Assembly: GCA_963761335.1 (NCBI GenBank)
Contig: CAVXGR010000013.1
Span: forward strand, 128,001 to 192,000
Reading direction: 5' to 3'
Origin: an uncultured delta proteobacterium
GTDB taxonomy: Bacteria; Desulfobacterota; Binatia; HRBIN30; BPIQ01
Length of the DNA: 64,000 bases
Part shown: positions 1 through 8,529 of the stretch, in pieces
Numbering within the stretch: the first letter of the stretch is position 1
Layout of the letters: every line of letters starts with the position of its first letter
Program-made: the position numbers and the translations under genes
Notes under the pieces: generated by a model
Told to the model about the DNA's origin: nothing
Databases searched by the model: none
What the model saw: the letters and a program-made list of their open reading frames with translations, nothing else

Positions 1-12
1 CTGACGCACGAG

Positions 13-1023
13 GTGAAGGTCGAGTCCGGCCAGCACGTGATGGCCTTCCGGGCCATTCTCAACTACCTGCCGCAGATCAACGCCCGCATATTCTGGACCT
101 TCGTCGCTATCGCCACCCTCCTCAAGGTGATCGGCATCGTCGCCTCGATGTACCGCTGGCATCTCCTGCTGATCGGCCAGGGAGTCCGCTTTCCCTTCCG
201 CCACCTTGCCGGATCCTTCATGGTGGGCCGCTTCATCGGCACCTTCCTGCCGTCGACGATTGGGCTCGACGGCTACAAGCTGTACGATGCCGCCCGTTTC
301 AGCGGCCGTACCGCCGGCGCCAGTGCCGCCACGGTCGTCGAGAAGATCCTCGGGCTCGCCGGCATCTTTCTCACTTTCCTGATCACCTTCCCGCTCGGCT
401 ATCAGATCCTCGGCGGCCACGCCGGCTGGGTTGCGCTGCTGACGATTCCGATGGCGCTGGCAATCGTCGGAGTGGTGATGGCGCTGATCCTGCGCCCGAG
501 CATCCTCACCTGGATAACCCTGCGGCTGCCCTTCGCGCGCCATCCGCGCCTCGAGGGCCCTGTGCAGAAAATCACCCGCGCCGCCTCCGCGTACGGCGGC
601 CAGGCTCGCCTCATCCTCGTCGCCGCGGCTCTCAGCTTCATCGTGCACTTCTGCACCGCGTCCCTCTACTACTTCACCGCTCTGGCGATCGGGGTGATGC
701 ACGCCAACTTCTGGGAGGTCACCTTTGCCTCGACCATTCAGGTGTTTGCCACCGTAATCAGCCCCTTCACCATCGCCGGCGAGGGGGTGCGCGAGATCGT
801 GCAGACGCTTTTGCTGGCACACCGCATCGGCACGTCGCAGTCGATCATCTCTGCGGCGCTGGGCTTCTGGGCCGCGGAAGCGCCGACGCTGGTGGGCGGC
901 TTCATCTATCTGCTGCGGCCCTCCGATTATCGGCCGGCGTTCGTCGAAGTGACCGAGGTCGGCCACGACGACGATACGGAGGCGGAGGTCACTGTCATCG
1001 AGAAACGGCGCGCCGCGCAGTGA
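13..1023 (+). CDS. Lysylphosphatidylglycerol synthase TM / flippase-like (UPF0104) membrane protein, probably 5'-truncated by the window
   Basis: Multi-TM ORF with RW..LL, 'FIGTFLPSTIGLDGYK', 'VVEKILG', 'PFTIAGEGVRE' motifs typical of the family. Confidence 0.75.
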   Translation: MKVESGQHVMAFRAILNYLPQINARIFWTFVAIATLLKVIGIVASMYRWHLLLIGQGVRFPFRHLAGSFMVGRFIGTFLPSTIGLDGYKLYDAARFSGRTAGASAATVVEKILGLAGIFLTFLITFPLGYQILGGHAGWVALLTIPMALAIVGVVMALILRPSILTWITLRLPFARHPRLEGPVQKITRAASAYGGQARLILVAAALSFIVHFCTASLYYFTALAIGVMHANFWEVTFASTIQVFATVISPFTIAGEGVREIVQTLLLAHRIGTSQSIISAALGFWAAEAPTLVGGFIYLLRPSDYRPAFVEVTEVGHDDDTEAEVTVIEKRRAAQ

Positions 1024-1715
1024 CGGCTCGGCGGGAGCCGTTGCGCATGGAGCTCGGGGAAACGGCGGGCGAGGCCGCTCCGCCCGCGGAGCAGACGACG
1101 GCGATGCGCCGGCTGGTGCTGGTGCGTCACGGGGAGACGGTGGGACAGTCGAGCATCCGCTACTACGGGCGCACCGACGTGGCCCTCAGCGATCTGGGCC
1201 GGCGCCAGATGGAACGCGTCGGCGCCGCGCTCGCCGGAGAAGCCTTCGACGCCGTTTACACCAGCCCGCTGCAACGCGCCCTGGCCAGCGCCCGTCTGGT
1301 CGCCCCCGGGATCGAGCCACAGGCGATCGCCGGCTTCGCCGAGGTGAACTTCGGGCGCTGGGAGGGACTCACGCGAGAGGAGATCGAGGCTCTCGAGCCC
1401 GATCTCTATCGGCGCTGGCGCGTCGCCGACGTCGACTTCATCTATCCCGATGGCGACGCCGTCGCCGGCTTCCGCGCCCGGGTGATCAACGCCTTCCGCA
1501 CCCTCCTGCCGTCCGCCCCGGAGCACTTGCTCATCGTCGTCCATACCGGCGTCATCCGCACCATCCTGAGCGAGCTCCTGCGGCTGCCGAATCCCGACGG
1601 CGCGGCTTGGCGGATCGATCTGGCCTCCATCCACGTGGTCGCCGCCGCCAGTGACCGGCGCGGCTGGCGCCTCGAGATCATGAACGACACGCGCCACCTG
1701 GAAGGGATCTCATGA
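1020..1715 (+). CDS. Histidine phosphatase (phosphoglycerate mutase/CobC-like); start may be 1047 or 1104
   Basis: 'LVLVRHGET', 'SPLQRA', 'EVNFGRWEG', 'VVHTGVIR' motifs; 4-nt overlaps with neighbours. Confidence 0.85.
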   Translation: MTARREPLRMELGETAGEAAPPAEQTTAMRRLVLVRHGETVGQSSIRYYGRTDVALSDLGRRQMERVGAALAGEAFDAVYTSPLQRALASARLVAPGIEPQAIAGFAEVNFGRWEGLTREEIEALEPDLYRRWRVADVDFIYPDGDAVAGFRARVINAFRTLLPSAPEHLLIVVHTGVIRTILSELLRLPNPDGAAWRIDLASIHVVAAASDRRGWRLEIMNDTRHLEGIS

Positions 1716-3703
1716 AGCGGCAGAGACTCGCCGGCTTCGCGGCCTTCAACCTGCCGTTCGGACGCGCCATCGACGAGCTCGAGCTGTCGCCGATCAAGGC
1801 GGTCGAGCTGCGCGCCAGCCGGCTCTCCGACGTCGTCTCCCTGGCGCAGGGGATCCCCAGCTTCGACACCCCGGCGCCCATCAAGCGCTACGTGATGCAC
1901 AAGATCGCCGAGGGCGCCTGCGCCAAGTACTCGCTGACGCCCGGGCTGCCACAGCTGCGCGAGCTGATCAGCGAGAAGCTGCACGCCGAAGGCATGAGAT
2001 ACGACCCGGACGGCGAGATCATCGTGACCTGCGGCAGCATCGAGGCGATCAGCGCCACACTGCTGGCCTCTGTGGGGCCCGGCGACGAGGTCCTGGTCGC
2101 CTCTCCCACCTACGCCTCATACATTCCGGCAATTCGTCTCACCGGCGCCACCCCGCGCTTCGTGCCTCTCAACGAGGACGCCAACTTCGACCTCGACCCG
2201 GACGCCATCGGCGATGCCATTACCCGCCGCACGCGTGCCATTCTGCTGAGCAATCCCAACAACCCGACGGGCACCATCTACTCGGCCGTGGAGACGGAGA
2301 GGATGATGGCGCTGGCCGCCCGACACGATCTGTTGGTGATCACCGACGAGGTCTACAAGGACTTCATCTATACCAACGAGCCTCCCGGCAACCCGGCGAC
2401 CATGCCGCAGCACCGCGATCGCGTGGTGCGCGTGTGCTCGTTCTCCAAGGCCTACGGCATGACCGGATGGCGCGTCGGGTTCCTGCACACGGCGCGCGAG
2501 CGCGCCGACGCGATCCTCAAGGTGCACGACGCCCTGGTGACCTGCGCGCCTGTGGTCTCGCAGTACGCCGCCATTGCCGCTCTCGAGTTCGGCGACCCGT
2601 ACATCCAGGAGTTCCGCAAGGAGTTCCGCCGGCGGCGCGAGCGCATCATCCAGCGGCTCGACGCCCTGCCCCAGGTGTTCGACTACCAGAAGCCGAACGC
2701 CTCCTACTTCGCCTTCCCGCGCATCAAGGACACCGTCGCCATGGCGCGCGACTCGCGGGCACTGGCCGACGACATCCTCGAGCGCGCCCGCGTTGCCCTG
2801 GTCCCGGGGGTTGCCTTCGGACCCACCGGCGAGGCGCACCTGCGCTTCTGCTACGCCCGCGACATCGAGGACATCGACCGCGCCTTCGACCGGCTCACCG
2901 ACTACTTCGCCGGACGGGCACCGCGCACCTACTCGCTGCCGGCGCCGCCGGCGCCGCCGCAGCGGCGCTCGCGCCTGCGCGCCCTCGGCGTCGACGTGCT
3001 GCACGTGCTGGCGCGCCTCTATCTGCTACGCCGGCGGCCGCGGGTGATCGCCATCGCCGGCGGCCACGGCAAGACGGTTCTCAAGCGCACGCTCACCGAG
3101 CTCCTCGGCCGCCGCCTGCGCGTCCGCTCCAACCCGCTCTCGTACAACACCGAGGTGGGGCTCGCCTTCTCGATTCTCGATACCTCGTTCCGCTCGCGCC
3201 GGCCGCTGTCGATCGCCGCGGGGCTGGCGCGCGGGCTGAAACATGCGCTGCTTCCCGACCCGATCGATGCGCTGATCCTGGAGCTGGGCGTGCGCAAGCC
3301 GAAGGACATGCGCCGCCTGCTCGACGTGGTGCGTCCCGACATCGCGGTAATCACCCGCCTGGCCCCGAGCTACTCGGAGGACCAGGCGACCCTGGCGGTG
3401 ATGCGCGCCGAGATGAAGGAGCTGATCGACGCCATCGAGGCGCGGGGTGGCACGCTCGCCTTCTGCAGCGACGACCCATCGCTCGCCGAGCTGGCGCCGC
3501 GCGGCGGCGGGGCACACGCCTTCGCCAAGTCGAGCCTCGTCGAGCGCGACGGCCGCGCGCTGCTGTGCGTGGACGGCCGCGAGTATCCCGTGGGGCAGGA
3601 GATCGTCGGCGAGAGCAGCCTGTATGCGCTGGCGGCGAGCGTGATCGTCGCCCGCGCCATCGGCCTCGACGAGGAGACCATCCGCGGCTTTCTCGCCGCC
3701 TGA
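1712..3703 (+). CDS. PLP-dependent class I/II aminotransferase fused to a C-terminal Mur-ligase (MurF-like) central ATP-binding domain
   Basis: aa 1-400: 'NPNNPTG', 'DEVY', 'SFSKAYGMTGWRVG'; aa ~440-663: 'VIAIAGGHGKT', 'SYNTEVGLAFSIL', 'LILELG', 'RPDIAVIT'. Confidence 0.8.
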   Translation: MKRQRLAGFAAFNLPFGRAIDELELSPIKAVELRASRLSDVVSLAQGIPSFDTPAPIKRYVMHKIAEGACAKYSLTPGLPQLRELISEKLHAEGMRYDPDGEIIVTCGSIEAISATLLASVGPGDEVLVASPTYASYIPAIRLTGATPRFVPLNEDANFDLDPDAIGDAITRRTRAILLSNPNNPTGTIYSAVETERMMALAARHDLLVITDEVYKDFIYTNEPPGNPATMPQHRDRVVRVCSFSKAYGMTGWRVGFLHTARERADAILKVHDALVTCAPVVSQYAAIAALEFGDPYIQEFRKEFRRRRERIIQRLDALPQVFDYQKPNASYFAFPRIKDTVAMARDSRALADDILERARVALVPGVAFGPTGEAHLRFCYARDIEDIDRAFDRLTDYFAGRAPRTYSLPAPPAPPQRRSRLRALGVDVLHVLARLYLLRRRPRVIAIAGGHGKTVLKRTLTELLGRRLRVRSNPLSYNTEVGLAFSILDTSFRSRRPLSIAAGLARGLKHALLPDPIDALILELGVRKPKDMRRLLDVVRPDIAVITRLAPSYSEDQATLAVMRAEMKELIDAIEARGGTLAFCSDDPSLAELAPRGGGAHAFAKSSLVERDGRALLCVDGREYPVGQEIVGESSLYALAASVIVARAIGLDEETIRGFLAA

Positions 3704-3705
3704 GC

Positions 3706-3782
3706 GGGGACAGGCTCCTTTTCGGCGCCGGCGGGCTACATTCAAAAGACCGCCTGTCGACGCCGAAAAGGCACCTGTCCCC
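3706..3782. repeat. Intergenic inverted repeat / MITE-like element with GGGGACAGG...CCTGTCCCC ends
   Basis: GGGGACAGGCTCCTTTTCGGCG (3706-3727) pairs with CGCCGAAAAGGCACCTGTCCCC (3761-3782), 20/22 complementary. Confidence 0.75.
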
Positions 3783-3828
3783 AACTCCGCTTGCGTAGCC
3801 GGGGCGATCCGGGCAAATCGCCTGCGGC

Positions 3829-4575
3829 ATGCACCTTTCCGTCTACAACTGCCTTCTGCTGCTCGGTGGCGGACTGCTGGCGGGCACCGTCAACACCCTC
3901 GCCGGTGGTGGATCGGTGCTCTCGGTGCCGCTGCTGGTGCTCGTCGGCCTGCCGGGGAACGTTGCCAACGGCACCAATCGACTGGGCATCTTCGTCCAGA
4001 ACGCCGTCGCCGCGGTGCGTTTCCGCGCCGAGGGCTTCTCGGGGTTCCGCTCCTCGCTTCCGGTCCTGCTGCCGATCGCCATCGGTTCGGCAGCCGGCGC
4101 CCTCGCCATCTCGCAGGTCGCCGACAAGACATTCGAGAAGCTGTTCGGTGTCGTCATGGTGCTGCTGCTCGTGCCGATGCTGCGCCGGCCGGCGCGCCCC
4201 ACCGCCGGCAGCTCGCGCCGTCACTCCCCGCGAACCACCTTTCTGATCTTCCTCGGCATTGGGCTCTACGGCGGCGCCTTTCAGGCCGGCGTCGGCATCG
4301 CCCTGATCCTGGCGCTGGCCTACAGCGGCTTCGATCTGGTGCGCGCCAACAGCATCAAGGTCGTGGTCAACGCGGCGCTCACCGCCGTCGCCGTGCCGGT
4401 GTTCGCCTTCAATCACCAGATCGAATGGATTCCCGGGCTCCTGCTCGCGGCGGGCTACTCCGCCGGAGCCACGCTCGGCGTGCGCCTGGCGGTGCGCGGC
4501 GGCGAGAAGGTCATCCGCCCCGTGCTCGCGGCCTCGGTCGTGGCTCTGGCGGGGCACATGCTCGGGCTGTACTGA
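3829..4575 (+). CDS. Sulfite exporter TauE/SafE family permease
   Basis: 'AGTVNTLAGGGS', 'ANGTNR', 'GLYGGAFQAGVG'; about 8 TM segments. Confidence 0.85.
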   Translation: MHLSVYNCLLLLGGGLLAGTVNTLAGGGSVLSVPLLVLVGLPGNVANGTNRLGIFVQNAVAAVRFRAEGFSGFRSSLPVLLPIAIGSAAGALAISQVADKTFEKLFGVVMVLLLVPMLRRPARPTAGSSRRHSPRTTFLIFLGIGLYGGAFQAGVGIALILALAYSGFDLVRANSIKVVVNAALTAVAVPVFAFNHQIEWIPGLLLAAGYSAGATLGVRLAVRGGEKVIRPVLAASVVALAGHMLGLY

Positions 4576-4678
4576 GGGGACAGTGCGTCATGAGCCTGCG
4601 GCTCACCAACAGACGATGAAAATGAGGCTGCGGATCTGCGCCGGCAAGAGACTTGGAGGCTCTCGCCTGGGCGAAGTT

Positions 4679-4945
4679 CGCCCCGGAGGGGCGGTGGCGT
4701 GTAGCCCCGGGTGAAACCCGGGGAAGAATGCGCGCTCCGTCAGGCGCGCCCCGCCAGGGGCGCGGGCAAGTTTTCGTCGATGTCACGCCTGTGCGCCGAT
4801 GGTCACCGCTGGGTGCGTGGGAAGCTCATCGACTTGATTCACGCGGCCTCTACGCCTGCGCCCCTGCGGGGCGCTGATCTGGGCCAATCGGAACGCGGTC
4901 CCCGGGTTAACACCCGGGGCTACATGCCTGCGCCCCTCCGGGGCG
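4679..4945. repeat. Inverted doublet of GTAG-type REP elements (REPIN-like)
   Basis: Left arm CGCCCCGGAGGGGCG-N6-TGTAGCCCCGGGTGAAACCCGGGG is mirrored by right arm CCCCGGGTTAACACCCGGGGCTACA-N6-CGCCCCTCCGGGGCG; inner CGCCCC..GGGGCG hairpins on both sides. Confidence 0.8.
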
Positions 4946-5075
4946 ATAAGCCTCCACGCCAAGCGCCGGTGCGCTCCGCCAGACCTTCACCCAACAGATT
5001 TTCGAAGCAGGCAACTTTTGCGGCCGAGATCCTTGCTCTCGCGAGATTTCGAGGCACAAAAGTAGCCTGTCCCCC

Positions 5076-6410
5076 CTAAGGCCAGAACAGGCGGCGCGCC
5101 TCGCTCCGCAGCTGCTCGCGGAAGGGCTCGGCGGCCAGGTCGACCAGAGCCATCGATCGCTGCCGCTGCGTGAGCCCCTGGAGGTTGGCGATGCCGTGCT
5201 CGGTCACGACGTAGTCGACCAGCGTGCGGGGCAGGGTGATGACCGTGCCTGGCGGATGCTGGGCAACGATACGCGAAACCGTCCCTCGCTGCGCCGTGGA
5301 GGGCAGCACCAACACGGCGCGGCCGCCGGGAGCCATCAACGCCCCGAGGGTCCACACCAGCTGGCCGCCGGGGCCGGTATACATCACGGGACCGATGGAC
5401 TCCGAGGCCGCCTGGCCGGTGAGATCGATGGCCGCCGTCTGGTTGATGGCGATCAGGTTGCGGACCCCGGCGATACGGGGCAGGTGGTTGACGTACTCGA
5501 TGTCGTACAGCTCGATCCTCGGGTTGCCGTCGCAGAAGGCGAAATCGGATCCCGGAATGATGTGAGACGCGGTCGCCACTCCCGGGTGGGTGTTCTTGTG
5601 CCGCCCGCTGGCGACTCCGCTCTTCACCAGCTCGACCACGGAGGCGACCAGGATCTCGGCATCGATGCCGAGATCGCGCTTCTCCGTCAGGTAGCTGCCC
5701 ATCGCCGAGGACAGGGTGCCGGTGCCGATCTGCACCGTGTCGCGGTCGTTGACCAATGTGGAGACGTAGGCGCCGACGAGCTCCGTCACCTCGAGGCGCT
5801 CCGGGCTCAGCTGCGGATAGCGCGGTCGCAGCTCGAAGGGGATCGCCTGCGGTACGGCCAGATCGAACTTGGACAGGTGCACGCAATTGTCGCCGCCGGT
5901 GCGGATCATCCCGGGGCAAATCTCGGCGATGCCGAGGCGCGCCGCCTGCAGCAGCGCCTTCGAATGCCAGAGACTGTAGCCGAAGCTCACGAAGCCCTCG
6001 GCGTCCGGCTCCGAGACCAGCGCCATGAAGACGTCCGGCGTCCACTGGTCTCGCCGTCCGGGCTGGCGCACCTTCGACCCGAGGCTGAACTCGGCCACGG
6101 CAAAATCGCCGATGCGCGCCTCGATCGACGGCCGAACCCATTGGGACACGAAGTCGGTGACGTACTCGATGTGCTCGACCCAGCTCGCATCGCCGTCGCA
6201 CCAGGGGTGGGCGCAGCCGGAGGCGGCTTGAAAGACGCGGACACCCCGGAGCTCGGCGCGCCGGCGCGCCAGGGCGTCGAGCAACGACATCGGCACCGGC
6301 CCAAGCGGCAGGCGAATCAGATCGCCGGAGCGCACCCGGCGAGCCGCCTCGTCGGCGCTCACCACACGTCCGGCAAAGCGCTGCTGCCAGTCGCTCTGGT
6401 CACCGGGCAT
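5076..6410 (-). CDS. Acetyl-CoA hydrolase/transferase family (4-hydroxybutyrate CoA-transferase-like)
   Basis: 'DTVQIGTG', 'IDLTGQAASESIG', 'YTGPGGQL', 'VDYVVTEHGIANLQG'. Confidence 0.88.
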   Translation of the reverse strand: MPGDQSDWQQRFAGRVVSADEAARRVRSGDLIRLPLGPVPMSLLDALARRRAELRGVRVFQAASGCAHPWCDGDASWVEHIEYVTDFVSQWVRPSIEARIGDFAVAEFSLGSKVRQPGRRDQWTPDVFMALVSEPDAEGFVSFGYSLWHSKALLQAARLGIAEICPGMIRTGGDNCVHLSKFDLAVPQAIPFELRPRYPQLSPERLEVTELVGAYVSTLVNDRDTVQIGTGTLSSAMGSYLTEKRDLGIDAEILVASVVELVKSGVASGRHKNTHPGVATASHIIPGSDFAFCDGNPRIELYDIEYVNHLPRIAGVRNLIAINQTAAIDLTGQAASESIGPVMYTGPGGQLVWTLGALMAPGGRAVLVLPSTAQRGTVSRIVAQHPPGTVITLPRTLVDYVVTEHGIANLQGLTQRQRSMALVDLAAEPFREQLRSEARRLFWP

Positions 6411-6414
6411 GAGA

Positions 6415-7305
6415 TCAGTCGTTGACGACGATGCGGTAGGTCACCGAGCCGGTGGCGACCACGCAGCCCGAGCGGCAACCGCTGACGGTAACGCCGTTGA
6501 GAAAGATCTCGTTGTCGCGCCGCAGCGTGCGAGCGTGGGCGAGGACGTCCTCGCCAAGGGCCGGGGCGTGAAAGTTGAGGTGAATTCCCACGGTCGACGC
6601 CTTGTAGGAAAAGTTCAGGCCGGTGATGGACCAGGAGGCCATGGCGCCGCTGGTGTCGATCAGCGCCGCCAGCGCGCCCTCGTGCACGCGCCCGTCGCCG
6701 TCGGCGTTGTCGGCGTGGAAAGGCATGGCCAAGAAGGCCTCGCCGTCGCGGGCATGCGTAACCGTCATGCCCAGCCGGGCAATGAAGGGCACGGCCACGA
6801 AGACGCGCGCATTGCGCGGCACGTCGAGGGCTCCCGCGGGAAGCCTCTCGGCGGCCATGCGCCGCTGTCGCTGCGCCGCCTGCGGCACGGCGGCGCGGTC
6901 GAGTGCCCGATAGGTCACCAGCCCCTTGGCGACGCGCTTGCCGGCGTCGCTATGCACGTCGACATCGGCATAGACAATCTCCTTGCCACGGCGCAGGACC
7001 TCGGCACTGGCGATGATATCCTCGCCAATGGCGGCGGCGAGATAGTTGACGCTCAGATCGACGGTGCCGGTCTCGAGGTCGGGGCGCGCCTCGAGTCCGG
7101 TCCACGCCGCCAGCGAACCGGCCGCCTCGATCGCCGAGGCGGCGACTCCGCCGTGCAAGGCACCGCCGGGGTTGGCGTTCTCGTCTCGAAATGGGACGCG
7201 CACGCGGACGCGATCGAGATCGATCGATTCGACCCGCATGCCCACGGTGGCGGCGTACGGAAGGCGCGCAAAGCGCTCGGCGAGAATGTCGAGGGAATCA
7301 GGCAC
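6415..7305 (-). CDS. Double hot-dog PaaI-family thioesterase
   Basis: Two PaaI repeats: 'NPGGALHGGVAASAIE' and 'DGDGRVHEGALAALID'. Confidence 0.85.
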   Translation of the reverse strand: MPDSLDILAERFARLPYAATVGMRVESIDLDRVRVRVPFRDENANPGGALHGGVAASAIEAAGSLAAWTGLEARPDLETGTVDLSVNYLAAAIGEDIIASAEVLRRGKEIVYADVDVHSDAGKRVAKGLVTYRALDRAAVPQAAQRQRRMAAERLPAGALDVPRNARVFVAVPFIARLGMTVTHARDGEAFLAMPFHADNADGDGRVHEGALAALIDTSGAMASWSITGLNFSYKASTVGIHLNFHAPALGEDVLAHARTLRRDNEIFLNGVTVSGCRSGCVVATGSVTYRIVVND

Positions 7306-8434
7306 CTGCGGTCTCCGCGTCGCGCACCCAGGCTTCCGTCGATTGCGGCACCAGGCAGGAATGAATGCTCGGCCTGCCGGCGGCTTCGCCGCTGAGCGTC
7401 TGCAGGGCCAGCTCCGCCTGCTCGAGAGGGAACTCGTGCGTGTGCATCTTCTCGAGCGGCACTCGGCCGGACTCGATCAGGCGGATGGCGGACCGATACG
7501 CTGGAGCGGTGACCCCGAAGGCGCCGCGGATGGTGGCCTCCTTGATCACGATGAGATCGCTGATGAAGCTCGGCACGCTCTTGAAACCCTTCACCCCGGC
7601 GAGAACGATGCGGCCGCCCCAGGCGACGTGGTGCAGGGCCTCGGCCACCGGCTCGGGGGCATTGGAGCAGACCTCGACGACGACGTCGGCGCCGCGGCCG
7701 TGGGTGAGATCCTTGACGCGGCTCACCGCGTCCTCCGCCTCGACGTCGATCACGTGATCGGCGCCGAGCTCGAGAGCCAGCGCCAGCTTGTCGCGGTCGC
7801 GGGCCAGGCCGGTGACGATGATGGTCTCGGCGCCGGCGGCGCGCGCCGCGATAACGGAAGCGAGGCCGCGCTGGCCGGGACCGAGGACGAGGACCGTGTC
7901 GCCGGGGCCGGTTCCGCCGATCTCCACCGCCCAGCGGAACCCCGCGCCGAGGGGGTTGAACATCACGGCGATGCCCGCCGGGATATCCTTGCGCACCGGG
8001 TGCAGGATCGAGAAGGGGTCGAGCACCATGTACTCGGCGTAGGCGCCCCAGAGGCCGGGCGGCTGCGACAGCGGCACGTAGCCATGACCGAACATGGTGC
8101 CGCGCCCGCGACAGAGGGAATAGCGCCCGCTCAGGCAGTCGCGACAGTGGCCGCAGCGAATGATGGCCTCGACGGCAACCCGATCGCCGACCTTCACGCC
8201 CCAGCGTTTGGCGGCACGGCCGCCGATCTCGGCAATGGTGCCGAGCGGCTCGTGACCGGGAATGACCGGCATCCGCACCGGGATGACGCCGTTGTACTGC
8301 TCGGCGTCGCTACCGCAGATGCCGCACGCCTCGACGCGCAGCAAGGCGCCGTCGTCGTCGATCTCCGGTATCGGCACCTCCCGCAGCTCCAGCTGCCGCG
8401 GCGCCGTTTGCACCATGGCCCGGCAAGCTCGCAT
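7298..8434 (-). CDS. Zn-dependent alcohol dehydrogenase (MDR family)
   Basis: 'CGICGSD', 'GHEPLG', structural Zn 'CGHCRDC...C', 'LGPGQRG'; start trimmed to ATG 8434. Confidence 0.9.
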   Translation of the reverse strand: MRACRAMVQTAPRQLELREVPIPEIDDDGALLRVEACGICGSDAEQYNGVIPVRMPVIPGHEPLGTIAEIGGRAAKRWGVKVGDRVAVEAIIRCGHCRDCLSGRYSLCRGRGTMFGHGYVPLSQPPGLWGAYAEYMVLDPFSILHPVRKDIPAGIAVMFNPLGAGFRWAVEIGGTGPGDTVLVLGPGQRGLASVIAARAAGAETIIVTGLARDRDKLALALELGADHVIDVEAEDAVSRVKDLTHGRGADVVVEVCSNAPEPVAEALHHVAWGGRIVLAGVKGFKSVPSFISDLIVIKEATIRGAFGVTAPAYRSAIRLIESGRVPLEKMHTHEFPLEQAELALQTLSGEAAGRPSIHSCLVPQSTEAWVRDAETAGA

Positions 8435-8529
8435 CGAAGTGGCGTGAAAGCTCTCACGGTTCGCGCGGCAGTGCAACAATTTCCGCCGCCTGGTCCTCCC
8501 CGAGGCATTTCGGTACGGTTGGAACCGCA

